64,000 nucleotides of DNA, from assembly GCF_016433145.1 (NCBI RefSeq), contig NC_058130.1, positions 758,423,738 to 758,487,737 on the forward strand. The letters are read 5' to 3'. The notes beneath the pieces are model-generated. The model ran no database searches and was not told the DNA's origin. It was given only the letters and a program-made list of their open reading frames with translations. A program made the translations under genes and the position numbers. Origin of the DNA: Gracilinanus agilis (lineage: Eukaryota). Below are positions 34,291-46,595 of this stretch, one piece after another (position 1 is the stretch's first letter; each line of letters starts with the position of its first letter).

Positions 34291-35014
34291 CCAACATAGC
34301 AGTCTTTTTCTTTTTATTACCTCCATTCTCTATGTTTCCCTTCATCCCACCTATTCTTATTCTTCTCCCTTTCTTTCCCAGGCTCTTTTTCTGTCCTCCA
34401 TTAGTCTAGAACACAAACAATGCTGTTAATATTTTTTTGGGGGGTCACCTCCAAATCTACCCTTTGTCCTGGGGAGAAATCACACCCTGTCCTAGTTTCC
34501 ATTTGGGAGCCTTTGCCAGGAATAGAGGATTAAAAGAAAACAGGCTATTTGGAGTTCCCTTTGCAGCTGAGTTTCCTGTCCCTTCAGGCATCTATTCAGG
34601 GGCTTACCTGGTCTGATATACCAGTAGCTCCTCCCTCCCCCCAGATTGATCAGTCCCCACAGATAAGGGAGTGGGCAGAGTCCCTCCCTCAGTCTTCAAC
34701 ATGTGCACGTACATATATACACACTCAGAAGGAACATAGATTTGGACCTGGAGAAACTTAAGTTGAAGTCAGGATTCAAACCCTGGCCCTCTGACTCCCA
34801 AATCCAGATATCAAGTACATGGACCATTTACACAGAGGCCTTTTTCCTACTTGTTCATGGTCACTAAGAGATCAACAGAGTCCCCAAGAAGGAGAGTGGC
34901 CATGATACCCCGCTGTGAGCTGAACAACTGTATTCTAATCCCAACTTGGATTAGGACTGTGCCAACAGCCTCATCTTTGTGGGCTTCAGTTTTCTGCTCT
35001 AAAATGAGTGGGTA

Positions 35015-35210
35015 GGTAGCACAGTGGATAGAGCCACAGGCCTGGAGTCAGGAAGACCTGGATTCCAATCTGGTTTCAGACTTCCTAGCTGTGTGACCTT
35101 GGGCAAGTCACTTAACCCCAGTTATCTAGCCCTTCTCAATCTTTTGCCTTGGTGCCAATACTTAGAATCAGTTCTAAGATAGGAGGTAAGGGTTTTAAAA
35201 AAAAAATAAG
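35015..35210 (+). mobile_element. SINE1_Mdo-like
   Basis: Consensus match. Confidence 0.85.
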
Positions 35211-35596
35211 GTAAGATAATAAAATGAATGTTTTCCAAGGTCCTTTCCAGCTCAGTGAGTCTTAAGATTCCAGGGTCCTGGCAGCATAGAGATACTTGGG
35301 CCTGCTTTTAGGGAACTTGCCTTAAGTGCCCTTCTAAGGTCTGAGAAGGTAAGGGGTCAGTTGATAGGACATGTAAATATCTTTTATCTTCAGAAACCTT
35401 CCTTTTGAGCTATACCGAGTGGGCTGGTAAATCTTTCCACTCTTAAAATAAATATTAACCATATACTAAAGATAGTGCCACATTGGTATATTCTATGGGG
35501 GTGCTTTTCGCCTCCCATCTAATTAATCTGGAAGGCAATTCTGCTTGACTTTGCTCACCTACCCATACCCAGATTCCCTCCCCAAGGAGTTTTTTT

Positions 35597-35790
35597 TTTT
35601 TTTTTTTTACCTTCCATCTTCCATCAATACTATATATAGATTCCAAGACAAAAGAATTGTAAGGACTAGACAGTGGGGGTTAAATGACTTGCCCAGGGTC
35701 TCACATCTAGGAAGTGCCTGAGGTCAAATTTGAACCCAGGACCTCTCATCTCTGGGCCTGGCTCTCAATCCATGGAGCCACCTAGCTTTT
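35597..35790 (-). mobile_element. SINE1_Mdo-like
   Basis: Consensus match, poly-T at left end. Confidence 0.85.
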
Positions 35791-36159
35791 TAGAGGCAAT
35801 GCAGTGGGGATGATGGGTACATTTATCACTGTGTGCAACAGACTTGAAATTCTGAGAAATTCCTCCACTTTCTTGCTGCTTTTTGTAAGCTCCTTAAGTT
35901 TAGATTTTGGGGTAGGTGGGCACACAAATTGCTTGAGACTCAAAGGAGTTTCTCCCAAGGTTTTGAAAGGAACTTGACCTATATTAAAATGAAAGAATTG
36001 ACGGAACTTGATAGCTATCTTTAAGTTCTTGATGTTTTAGCATGTAAAAGAAGAATTAAGCTTTGGGGAGCAACTAGGTCGCTCAGTGGTTAGAGCCCAA
36101 GGCCTGAGGATGAGGAGACTTAGGAGAACTAGGACCTATCAAGAACTTGTGGGGTGGGA

Positions 36160-36335
36160 AGCTAGTTAGAAGAGCAAATAGAGAGCCAGGCCCAGAGTCA
36201 GAAGGATTTGGGTTCAAATGTGGCCTCAGACACTTCCTAGCTATGTGACTCTGGATAAGTCACTTAACACTTGATTGCCTAACCCTTATGGTTCTTCTGT
36301 CTTAGAATTGATCCTAAGACAGACGGTAAGAGTTT
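36160..36335 (+). mobile_element. SINE1_Mdo-like, just upstream of TPCN1 exon 2
   Basis: Consensus match. Confidence 0.85.
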
Positions 36336-36400
36336 ATACATATATAATCTCCAGTCTTGTTAGAGTTCTCTGCATTTTCTCTTTCTTATAAAACTAGAAG

Positions 36401-36502
36401 ATGCCCCTGATGGCAGAGGCTTTGAGACGTATCTCCAGGGCAGCAGTTTTGAAGAGGAAACTGAGCAAGAAACCCTTTGAAGCTCTCAGTGCTACATCCT
36501 GA
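36401..36502 (+). CDS. Upstream ORF in TPCN1 exon 2 (33 aa; translation unproven)
   Basis: ATG 36401 to TGA 36500-36502: MPLMAEALRRISRAAVLKRKLSKKPFEALSATS; stops 19 nt before the main ATG. Confidence 0.55.
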   Translation: MPLMAEALRRISRAAVLKRKLSKKPFEALSATS

Positions 36503-36521
36503 AACTGCCTGAAGGGAGGCC

Positions 36522-36633
36522 ATGGATGGGAGCATGGATGATGATGTCCCCTTCATCTTGACCCTGGACGACAGCGGGAGTACCCCACTGGCACCCTCTA
36601 ACCACCTGGGTCAGGAGGATTTGCCCAACGAAA
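36522..36633 (+). CDS. TPCN1: Two-pore channel 1, first coding exon (exon starts at 36398 or 36401)
   Basis: MDGSMDDDVPFILTLDDSGSTPLAPSNHLGQEDLPNE resembles recalled human MAVSLDDDVPLILTLDEGGSAPLAPSNGLGQEELP; Kozak gccATGG; donor A|gtaag; 112 coding nt. Confidence 0.95.
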
Positions 36634-36974
36634 GTAAGACGACAGAGCTGGGGTGTCAGCCTGCTTTTTCTATTCTGGGGGTCGGGGATTATGGCAGTCG
36701 GTGCTGGGATCTTGTGGTGTCCTTTCTCTTGGGGAGATGCTCATTCCTATCTTCCAGCAGTCTAATGTGATGGCATTATAAGTGGTAAAGCATTTGTACC
36801 TCAGAAACTGCAGGTCACATGGCATTGAGGTTGGTCCTCTGCTGTGTGCCCTCATGGAAAGAGCCAGGAATTTGAGCTAAATCCCAGATACTAGTTGTAT
36901 GACCTTGAACAAGTCTTTGTTCAGGCTTCTCATCTATAAAATGAAGATAATTGTTTTCTTTTCTTTTCTTTTTC

Positions 36975-37352
36975 CTTAAAACCCTTCCCTTCAATCTTAA
37001 ATTTAATATTGTGTATTGGTTCCAACAAAGAATAACACTAAAGGCTAGGCAACTGAGGTTAAGTGACTTGCCTAGAGTAACACAGCTAGGAAGTATCAGA
37101 GGCCAGATTTGAACCCAGGACCTCCTATCTCTAGGCCTGGCGTTCAATCCACTGAGCCACCTAGCTGCCTCTGCCTTTTTTTTTTCTTTAAACCTTTATT
37201 TTCTCTGTGACAGGAGAGCTACAATGGCTAGGCAATTGAAGTTAAGTGACTTGGCCATGGTCACACAGCTAGGAAGTGTCTGAGGTCATATGTGAACCCA
37301 GGTCCTCCTCACTCCAGGACTGCCACTCTCTACTGTGCCACCTTGTTGCCCC
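36975..37352 (-). mobile_element. Two tandem SINE1_Mdo-like copies
   Basis: About 36975-37170 and 37185-37352. Confidence 0.85.
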
Positions 37353-38769
37353 TTAACTTGCCTTTCTTGAAACTCTACTTTTCTCTTCAGGGACTTGCGT
37401 TATCTGAAGTGTAGGTGTTATCACAGGTTTTCTGGAAACTCAGTTTCTCCTTTTCCTTAAACCAAGGAAGTGATCCTGGTTAGTCTGCCTTAGTCTCTCA
37501 GCTCTGTGCACATAAATGGGAAGCATAGCTGGTCTTTCTCTAACCCTGCATTACTCAAGAAGGAATGAGAGTGCAGAGGAAATCTGTTTCAAATTTCGTT
37601 TGTCCTTAAAGTAGGCTATTGATTTGAGGTTCATTTTTTTAGGGCGGTTGCTTTTTTTTATTTGTTTGGTTTGGTTTGGGTTTTGACATGACTCAAGGCT
37701 ATCCCAAAATGGCTCTAAAGGCCATTTTGTGTGCTTTAAATTTTTAAAATGTTAAGTGTATGTCTGGCAGAATATGACTCTTTAAAGACCTTCCCGGTCC
37801 TTGTCCTCAGGTCATCTCTCCACAGACAGAGGCCTCCGACTAAGAGAGGTTTAAAATAGCCGACATTTCCTGCCTGTGCCTCCGTTCCATCAGACTATCT
37901 GGAATTACCTTAGCAACTGAATTTTCTAGTCCTTCTCTAGCTGTTCAGGTTTAACTTGGGGGTTTTCACTCCAGACAGGATTATTTTTCTGCATTTTTCA
38001 CAATAAGAATTTAAGATTAAAAGGAGGAAAAAAAGAGTCCAGCCTAGCATTGTGTTTTCTTATCCAAGCAAAGGACAGTGGGGCATGGAGGCAGCTCTTC
38101 TCACCTAGAGGAGTCTCTGGTCAAGATCAGAAAGGAAAATAGTGCCTCTCAGAAATGAGCATATTGGCTAGGGCTTGGCACCCTTGTTCCTATACATGTT
38201 CTTTCTTTCCCCTTCTTAGAAATAGCCCCATTGCTTAATCCAGTTCCTTTTGGTCCATCCAGGAATGTTAGATAGTGAACTCTCACTCTCCCGCTCCTGG
38301 TCTTTCTCTAAGCTCTGCATTACTTAAGAAGGTGTGAGAGTATAGGGGAAATGGCTTCTGGTAATTTGAGTCAGGGGTCAGGTTGACATTGATGGCTAGA
38401 TGCCAGAGCTTGAATTACCTCCAAAACCAACTTTAGATAATGAATAACATACTTTTGGGATTCTTCTCCTATTGAAAAGGTGAAATGTAACCCTTCAGTA
38501 CTGAAATGAATTGTGGGCTATAAAACTTATGAACTAAAACTAAAAAAACTAATTTACCAAAGAGTTACTACTATATATGCTACAAAACACTTTTGCCCAT
38601 ATAATCTGATTTGAGATATTTTTTATAAGGTAGTGTTATCCTCATTTTACAGTGAAGAAAATGAAATTTGAGGTTATATAACTTTCAAAGGTACCATGCA
38701 GAGCTGATATTAAATAATCACCAGAGAGGTATCATAGGTAACATATTAAAAATTTTATTTGAGTCCTTA

Positions 38770-39325
38770 ACTTTTTTCTCGTTCTTGGTTTTTGGTTAGA
38801 TTTGTCTAAGTCTGAAAGGGGAATGTTGAAGTCTTCCCAAATTAATGTTTTGCCATGTATCCCTTTAGTTCTATTAACTTTTCATTTAAGTATCTAGATG
38901 CTGTGTGCATACGTATTTGGTCTTGATATTGTTATATTATTTGCGCATTTAAATTTTGTATCTTGCAACAGGTTTTTTTGTATCTTGCAACTTTGCCGAA
39001 GTTGTTAATTGTTTCAATTAGTTTTTTGGTTGATTTTCTAGGATTCTCTAAATACCATCTTTATCTGCGAAAAGTTGATAACTTTCTTTTCTCATTGTGT
39101 TTTTGAATTCCTTCCGTTTCTTTTCCTTATTGCTATGACTAGCATTTCTAGCACATTATTGAATAATAGTGATGACAGTGGGCATCCTTGCTTCCCTTGA
39201 TTCCTGATTTTATCAGGAAGGCTTTTAGCTTATCCTCATTCCAGATAATGCTTGCTGAAGGTTTTAGATAGATACTATTTATCATTTTAAGGAAAGCTCT
39301 CTTTATTTCAGTGTTCTCTAGTGTC
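38770..39325 (-). mobile_element. L1 ORF2 fragments
   Basis: Antisense L1-like endonuclease and RT-region sequence (ttgaataatagtgatgacagtgggcatccttg...). Confidence 0.75.
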
Positions 39326-41154
39326 TATTTTTTTTTTAAGCCCTCATCTTCTGTTTTAGAAATAACCCTAAGACAGATGGGCAGAGTCTAGGCAAGTAGA
39401 TTTAGGTGACTTGGCCAGGTCACACAGCTAGGTAGTGTCTGAGGTCAGATTTGTCCTCAGTTCTCTTCAAACAGGTTTATTTCCAGGAGTCTTCTATTGT
39501 TAGTACCAGTCTGGATGTCTTGGGGTATCGGAGTTGGCAGAATGTTTGCTGAGGCTTTCAGCCCTGAGAACAATAGCATCTGCTAGGGAGCTGATGAAAG
39601 GACCAAGCCTAGATCAAATTTGGACACTTGAAAGCAGTCAGTAGCCTTGGGGCTGGGTAAGAAGCAATAGTAGTCATCCTCCTGCTGCAGAACCCAGAGG
39701 CATGGGTGTCCTTTCTGTCACCTGTGAATCAAGACTGGCAGACAGCCAATTCTCAGAAACCTGTGCAGAACCCACTGCCTCCTACTGTCTGACACAGAGC
39801 GACATCCTTTTTGTGTGTCAAAGTGTCGTGGTCTAGAGACAGATAGGTAGCTCAATGGATAGTGCTCCAGATCTTGAGTCGGGAGGACCTGGGTTCAAAT
39901 CTGGATTCAGACACCTAACTGTATCAAGTCACATAATCCCGTTTGTCTAACCCTTGCTCTTCTTTCTTCCAGTTGTACTATGACAGAAAGTGAGGGTTTA
40001 AAAAAAAAGTATCATCCTCTTTGGCAGCCTGTCCAGTGAAGACTGTGGGATCTCTTTTCAGATTAGCATTTTTAAATAGAAGGAGATGCTCGATTTCAAT
40101 TAGAGGCTAATAAAAATAAAGATGCAGAATGCTTTTTCCCGTCCACGTTCACCGATTCCCTGAAATTTACCCACAGACCCCTTGGCAGATTGTCTGCGGA
40201 CCCCAAGGCAGGAAGCTTTGGTATAACTGGGAAATGAGCAGGGAAGGAGTTCCTTCAAGACCCCGATATCCCCAGGCCACAAGACTGGATGTGGAAAATG
40301 CTAATGAGATACTCCCAGCCAGCTGCTGGCAGGATGATAGAGGATGCAGGGCTGTGGAGAGGTATTTATAAAGTACAGGAATCTGGGCTGCCCTTGAAGC
40401 CAGGCGGCGGTGCCAGCCTCAAACAGTAGGCCATTGAGTCATGCGTAGGTAAAGGCTCCGGGTGATGCCTGACATCCTGCATGGCCCTTGTCCCACAGTG
40501 AATAAGGCTTTGGGGCCATTTGTCAGCAAGGGGCTTTCCACCTGTCCTTGGACAGGTCACTTCCCTCTCTTCGCATTTCACTCCCAGGCAAACAGAAAGG
40601 GTCTTGAGGACTTGGGTTTCCAGAATGCGATAAGGCACGCCAAGCCCTTTGCTCCCAGGAGCCCACGTAGGATTATCCGCATTGGACAGGCGAGGGGTGA
40701 AGCCCAAGGTCACAGGCCTGTAAGTGGTAAACCTGGGTGAATCCGTCCCTTGATTCCAAGACCGCTGATCTTTCCCTGATACCATATTTCATCAGCATCA
40801 GGGTTTTCAAGGACCATTTATTTAGTGACTAATTACACGTGGCACTCTGCCTTCAAGAGAACTACCGTATTTACCAAGACGCCCACAGAGAAGGTGTTAG
40901 AGAGAGCCTGAATGGATGGGAAAGTGTTTAGATGACATGTTTTGGGGCCAAGGATAGGCACAAATAGCCTCTTTACAGATGTTAAAGATGAAGGTATATT
41001 TTGTCCTAGGAGTCAAGTCATGGGCAGCCGCAGCCTCATTGTTTTGTTTTGAATTGTTGGATTGGGGATGCCCTGTACCCATTCTTCAAGTGGGCAAGTG
41101 GTGGCTTCCTGGCCAGTTCTCGGTGAAGTGGTGAAAACCTCACTGAGTTGTTTT

Positions 41155-41352
41155 TTTTGTTTTTGTTTTTTTATACTCTTAGTTTCTATCTTAGTATCAA
41201 TTCTAAGACAGAGGAGCAGTAAGCGTTAGGCAACTGAGGTTAAGTGACTTGCCCAGGGTCACACAGCTAGGAAGTATCTGAGGCCAGATTTGAACTCAGG
41301 ACCTTCTGACTTCAGGCCTGGCTCTGTATCCACTCTGCTAACTAGCTGCCCT
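41155..41352 (-). mobile_element. SINE1_Mdo-like
   Basis: Consensus match. Confidence 0.85.
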
Positions 41353-43574
41353 CCCTCACAAGTTCTTGCCAGGGCCTGGTTCTGTGTCCTGAGAGTACAG
41401 CTTTAGTGTGAAATTCAGCATTGTCCACAAGGAATCTTGGCTAACCTCGGGCAGAGAACATGGGCCATTTCGGGGCTTCAGGCCGCCTCTTGCTGTGGCC
41501 TCCACCAGCCTGCCCGATAGTCCCAGGCTGCCACGCTTGGGAAGGAGCCAGGAAATGGCTTTCCCTCTGTCTTTCAACCAGCCCTTTATATTGCCTTCCA
41601 TGAAAGTGGCCTTCCAGTATCAGAAAAGGAATGAGGCAACAAGGATCCCTGAGACTGTTTTCCCATCTGGCCAGGGAACAGGACAGGAAGGCTGGCCGGG
41701 TCTGTCTAGAGGCAGGGATGGATCATTCCTCCTTCTGTATTGCTCGAAGGCTTTGGAAATGCTTTCCTCTCAGCACCCCTGTTGGGTAGCTTGGTAGATG
41801 CATTGCTCCCTTCGTATGGATGAGAAAACTGAGGTCTAGAAATGTAAAGTCTGTCCATATCCAGGTGCACGTAAGTAGAAAGTGTTAGGGTTGGCATTTG
41901 AACGCAGGTCAAATAGTCAAGGTTGCTGTGCCCAGCACTAAGAAGGCCCCCGTTGCCTCTCCAGTGCTCAGCAGGGCAGGGATGGTTACTGCTGGGACTT
42001 TCCCCCTCCAGTGTGTACCTTGGGGGACCTCCCCCAGGCGTGAGATAGTGGCCCCAGAACCCGCATGACCCTGGGCAGTGGCAGGGCTCCGGGCCCAGGC
42101 TCACGACGCAGACCAGATGCCACTTTTCTTTGGCCCCAGCTGGTGCCTGCAGCCAAGACAGGAATAAGAGGCGGCCCTGGCAGCCGGAGCCCCGATTGCA
42201 GTCAGATTTCTGCTGCCTCCCAGGGTGCGTGGCCAGTGGGCTCCGTCACTGGTGCTCCCGTGGCTTTTAGGGCCTCGCCAGGGTGGAGCACTCGTGTTGT
42301 CAGGCTAGCTGCGGCACCGATTAAAATGAGCGAGCACCAGGCATGCTGGGCCCAAGCCTCATAACGGAGCCTCGGAGCCTCTCGAGTTCCCCGGCCCTCG
42401 GTGTCTCATGGTGGGAGCCTGTCTGTTGCCACGGGCCCCCCTACCTCGAAATGCTATTTCTCCCTTCCGAAGGCGGGAAGCAGCCCCATCTCAAATGCGG
42501 CGGCAGCAGCTGTGCAGTGGTTGGAGTGCCGCCGTTTCCCCATTGCCTTAGGGGGGTCTAAGTTCACATTTGCTCAGAGAGGGATTCATGAGCCAGAACA
42601 GTCAGCGTCTACGCCTTCAAGTCAGTAAAGGGAGATGAAGAGGATTTGATGGGGCTCAGCAGTACCTCTCTGGCAGCTTCTGCTTGGAGGATGTGCTCCC
42701 AGGGTCGGACTCGAGGCTGGGCCCACTTGCCTGATCGGCTTCCATTGGGGCTCTCCTGTTGGAAGGGGAAGTGACCTGTGAAGGTGGAGACCCTCCCTGC
42801 CCAAGGGGAGCCACCCTGTGCTCTGCCCTTGTGGCATTAGGGGCTGGAAGCACCCAAGAAGAGAGATCCAGGATCTCTCAGCCCTGCCATTGTGTGCTAT
42901 GGGGACCCTCTCGGCAGGAAAGCTTCTTCTCCCTGGTCTTTGCTGTGCTCCTGGGAATCGCTGAATCTTGGAGTTGGAAGGGGCTCAGCAAGCATTGGCC
43001 TAGACCTCCTGTGATGGGCATCCCCCTTGCCTGAGACCGACTATTCCATTGTGGGGATGAGCTAACCGTGAGGAGCCAGCTCAGTGAAGGCAGAGGCTTA
43101 GGCCTTTGTTAGCATCCGGGGAGAGAGATTCCAAAATGAGGAACGATATAGAAAACCAACTTCCCCTTTCTGGCTCGTGTGACCTCTCTTGGCCTGGAAG
43201 TGCAGGTCCTCAGGGAGCTCCCGAGAGAGGACGCTTCCTCTTCTTGTCGGGCCCTTCTCCCAAGTCTGCCCCGGCCACTGGCGGAAACGAGAGCTCCTGG
43301 GCAGCTCCTGAGACTGTCATCCTGCGCCAGGCGGTGAGCCTGAGGCTTGGGCAGTGGTTTCTGTGGGCGATTCTTCCTCATAATCCCTATGAGGTAAAGG
43401 AACAGGATTTCTTTCCTCATTTTCTGATGGTGGGAAAGAGGACCCAGAGAGGGACCATTATCTGCCCCACAGTGACAGCGATGTCTTTCTTCTTGGCGGC
43501 AGAGAGTAATGTTGGTGAGTGCTGCTACCGGAGGAGAAGGACATCCGAGAAGCATTTTCTAAAATACACAAGAG

Positions 43575-44210
43575 GGGGCAGCTGCATGGCTCAGTGGATA
43601 GAACTCTGGGCCTAGAGACAGGAGATCCTGAATTCAAATGTGGTCTCAGACACTTCCTAGCTGGGTGACCTTGGGCAAGTCACTTAATACTGTTGGCCTC
43701 TGTCTCCTCATCTATAAATTGAGCTGGAGAAGGAAATGTCAAACCACCCCAGTATTTTTATCAAGAAAACCCCAATGGGGATGTAGACTCTAAACAAGCA
43801 CCCCAGTGCGATTATCAGTAATATAGAAATAGGTCTGGATCAATGACACATGTAAAACTTAGTGGACTTGCTTGTTGGCTATGGGGTGGGGGGTTGGGGA
43901 GAAGAACATGAATCTTGTAACCATGGAAAAATATTCTTAATTAATCAATTAAATAAAATAAAAAAAAGAAAACCCCAATGGGGGTCATGAAAAAGAAATC
44001 AGAGGGACAGGTGGGTTGAGAGTCAGACCTAGAGACGGGAGGTCCTGGGTTCAAATCCAGCCTCAGACACTTCCCAGCTGTGTGACCCTGGACAAGTCAC
44101 TTGGCCCCCATTGCCCACCCTTACCACTCTTTCACCTGGGAGCCAATGCACAGAAGTTAAGGGTTTAAGAAAAGAGAAGAAATCAGACATGACTAAACCA
44201 TTGAACAATG
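43575..44210 (+). mobile_element. MAR1-type SINE carrying nested L1-tail and SINE1 insertions
   Basis: L1 tail 43781-43965 with 18-bp TSD aagaaaaccccaatgggg; SINE1 44004-44176 with 11-bp TSD aagaaatcaga. Confidence 0.88.
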
Positions 44211-44649
44211 ATAAGAAAAAGGTTCCCAGAGAAGATGGCACTTGAGCCTTGAAAATATTCTAATAGATGGAGGTGAAGGGAGGGACCTTCCAGGCATGGA
44301 GGTAGACAATGGAACGCTATATTTGGGGGAGAATATGTAGCCCAGAAGGAGAAGTAGTTGACAGAAAGCTTGGAAAATTCAGGTGGGGCCAAATCGTAAT
44401 GGGTTTAAAATGCTCTTTTGGAGGCTTTCCGTCTTGCCTCTTACCTCCTTTGACCTCCTCCCAGAAACAACAGCTGTAATTTAAAGTGGCAAAATGAAGC
44501 TTTACTCACACTAGTCCCTATGCCAAGATATCCTCTTTCTGCCCTCAGATCTTCTCTCAGTCTGTCTCTCTCTGTCTCCGTCTCTCTCTTCCCGCCCCCA
44601 TCTTCCTCACTCTCTTCCCCCTCCCCTCCATGTCTCTGTCTCTGTCTCT

Positions 44650-46595
44650 CTCTTTTAAAAAATCTTTAACTTCTCTCTTAGAATGGGTATTTTCAAGGCA
44701 GAAAAGTGGTTAAGGGCTAGGAAATTGGGGTTAAGTGACTTGCCCAGGGTTGCACAACTAGGCAGTGTCTGAGCTCGGATTTGAACCCAGGATCTCCTGA
44801 CTCCGGGCCTGACTATCCATTGAACCACCTCGCTGCTCCGCTCAGGGCTTCTGTTGAGCTAGCTAGGGTTCCCTCTGCTTTGTTCATAATATTTCTTTCC
44901 TTTTGGTTCCTTTTTTTAAAATGAAAAGTGTGATTTAATCATCGGGGGGAGGTGCCACAATTGGTACCTCAGGGTTGGGGGGGGGTCCCCAAGGATTGAA
45001 GTGCCCATGCTTGGGTCGTGTAGGCAGTGTGTGCCTGGCTCTCCCTGATCAGAAGCCGGCTAGGCTGGGCCGGCCCTGCTGCTGCCCCCCTCCGCCCCCA
45101 CTTAGGAGGAGCTTCCCCAGGACAGTGACGGTTCTTCCCTGCACTTTCGCCTCGTCCTCTGAGCCAACCGTTCACATGTCCCAGGCCGTATTCTCCAGGG
45201 CCCAGAAGCCATCCGCATGGCATCACCTGTGAAGAAAGTATCCCAGCCTGGCCCTGTGTCCCCAATGAGTGTTGGAGGGAGTTTATGAATACAGCGATTT
45301 AAAATGTGTCAACCCTTATCTTCTGTCTTAGAACTGATACAAGTATCAGTTCCAAGATAAAAGAAGGGTAAAGGCTGGGCAATAGGGGTCAAGTGACTTG
45401 CCCAGGGTTATCCAGCTAGGAAGTATCTGAAGTCAGATTTGAACCCAGGACCTCCTGGTCTCTAAGCCTGGCTCTCAATCTACTGAGCTAACTATCTGCC
45501 CCTTGAGTTAAAGAAGGAACCCTTCAGTGAGCCCTTTGGCAAAATAGAAAATCCTCTTGTAATTCAAAACTATAACTCAAATAAACTCCTTCTTTATCTG
45601 AGTGAATTTGGATTTGGGGGTTGGGATTCTCCTCGATCAGGCCAGATGTGTGTGCGTGCCTCTCTTTCCAGTTTCTCGCTGTTGCCTCTTGGATTTGATG
45701 CTTCTAAAGGGCAGTAATAAGAGTGGTAGTATCAATAGTAGTAGTGGTGGTGGTGGTGGTGGTGGTGGTGGTGGTGGTGGTAGTAATAGTAGCACAGTAG
45801 TAGGAGGAGTGAGGCAAGCTGGAGAGTCTGGCCTGGAGAAAGGAAGTCTTATGTTCAAATCTGGCCTCAGAGACTTCCAGCTGTGTGACCCTGGGCAAGT
45901 CACTTACTCCCCATTGCCCACCCTTACCGCTCTTCTGCCTCGGAGCCAGTACCCAGTACTGATTCTAAGATGGAAGGTGAGGGTTTAAAAGAAGAAAGGA
46001 CAGGAAGTATTCTGGTGGGGGTGTTTGATAGGGCCCCGAGCCCATTTAGGCTTCTCTCTGGGGACGTGATTCCCAAGGACACAGAATACACCTTTTCCAC
46101 GGCCACACGAGGCCCTTCATAGATGCCAAGTAATATAACATGTGGCGAGTCATCGGACTCTTGAAATGCCTGTTGCCCAGGGAGGATGTTTGTTCTGTCC
46201 CTGCGAGTCGTTCATCCGCATATAATCTGGAGTCAGAGGACATGAGGCCGAGCCAGGACCTTGTCCTGCCCAGGGCAGCCACAAGCTGCGTCGCTCCTTC
46301 CCAGGACTAAGCCCTTGGGGTCGTGGTAAGCTGGGGGCAGCCCAGAGGCTCATCCTCTTCTCCCCAGGCCTCTCCAGGATCTTTTATCGGCACAGCTCCT
46401 GCTCACGTGGTCAGGCTTCCTTCCTTTTTTTTTTTTTTTAAACCTTTCCTTTCTGTCTTAGTATAAATTCTAAGACAGAAGAGCAATAAGAGGTAAAGTG
46501 ACTTGCCCAGGGTCACCTCGTTAGAAAGTGTCTGAGGCCAGATTTGAACCCAGGCCCTCCCCGCTCTAGGCCAACTCTAGTGGCACTCTATCTGC
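44650..46595. mobile_element. Cluster of four SINE1_Mdo-like copies
   Basis: About 44650-44838 (-), 45300-45503 (-), 45810-45990 (+), 46435-46595 (-). Confidence 0.8.
45738..45795. repeat. (GGT)~12 microsatellite with AGT flanks
   Basis: Direct reading. Confidence 0.95.

Noticed and set aside
43106-43615. 169-aa and 148-aa opposing ORFs in TPCN1 intron 2
   Set aside because: No recognisable domain; partly run into MIR/SINE sequence
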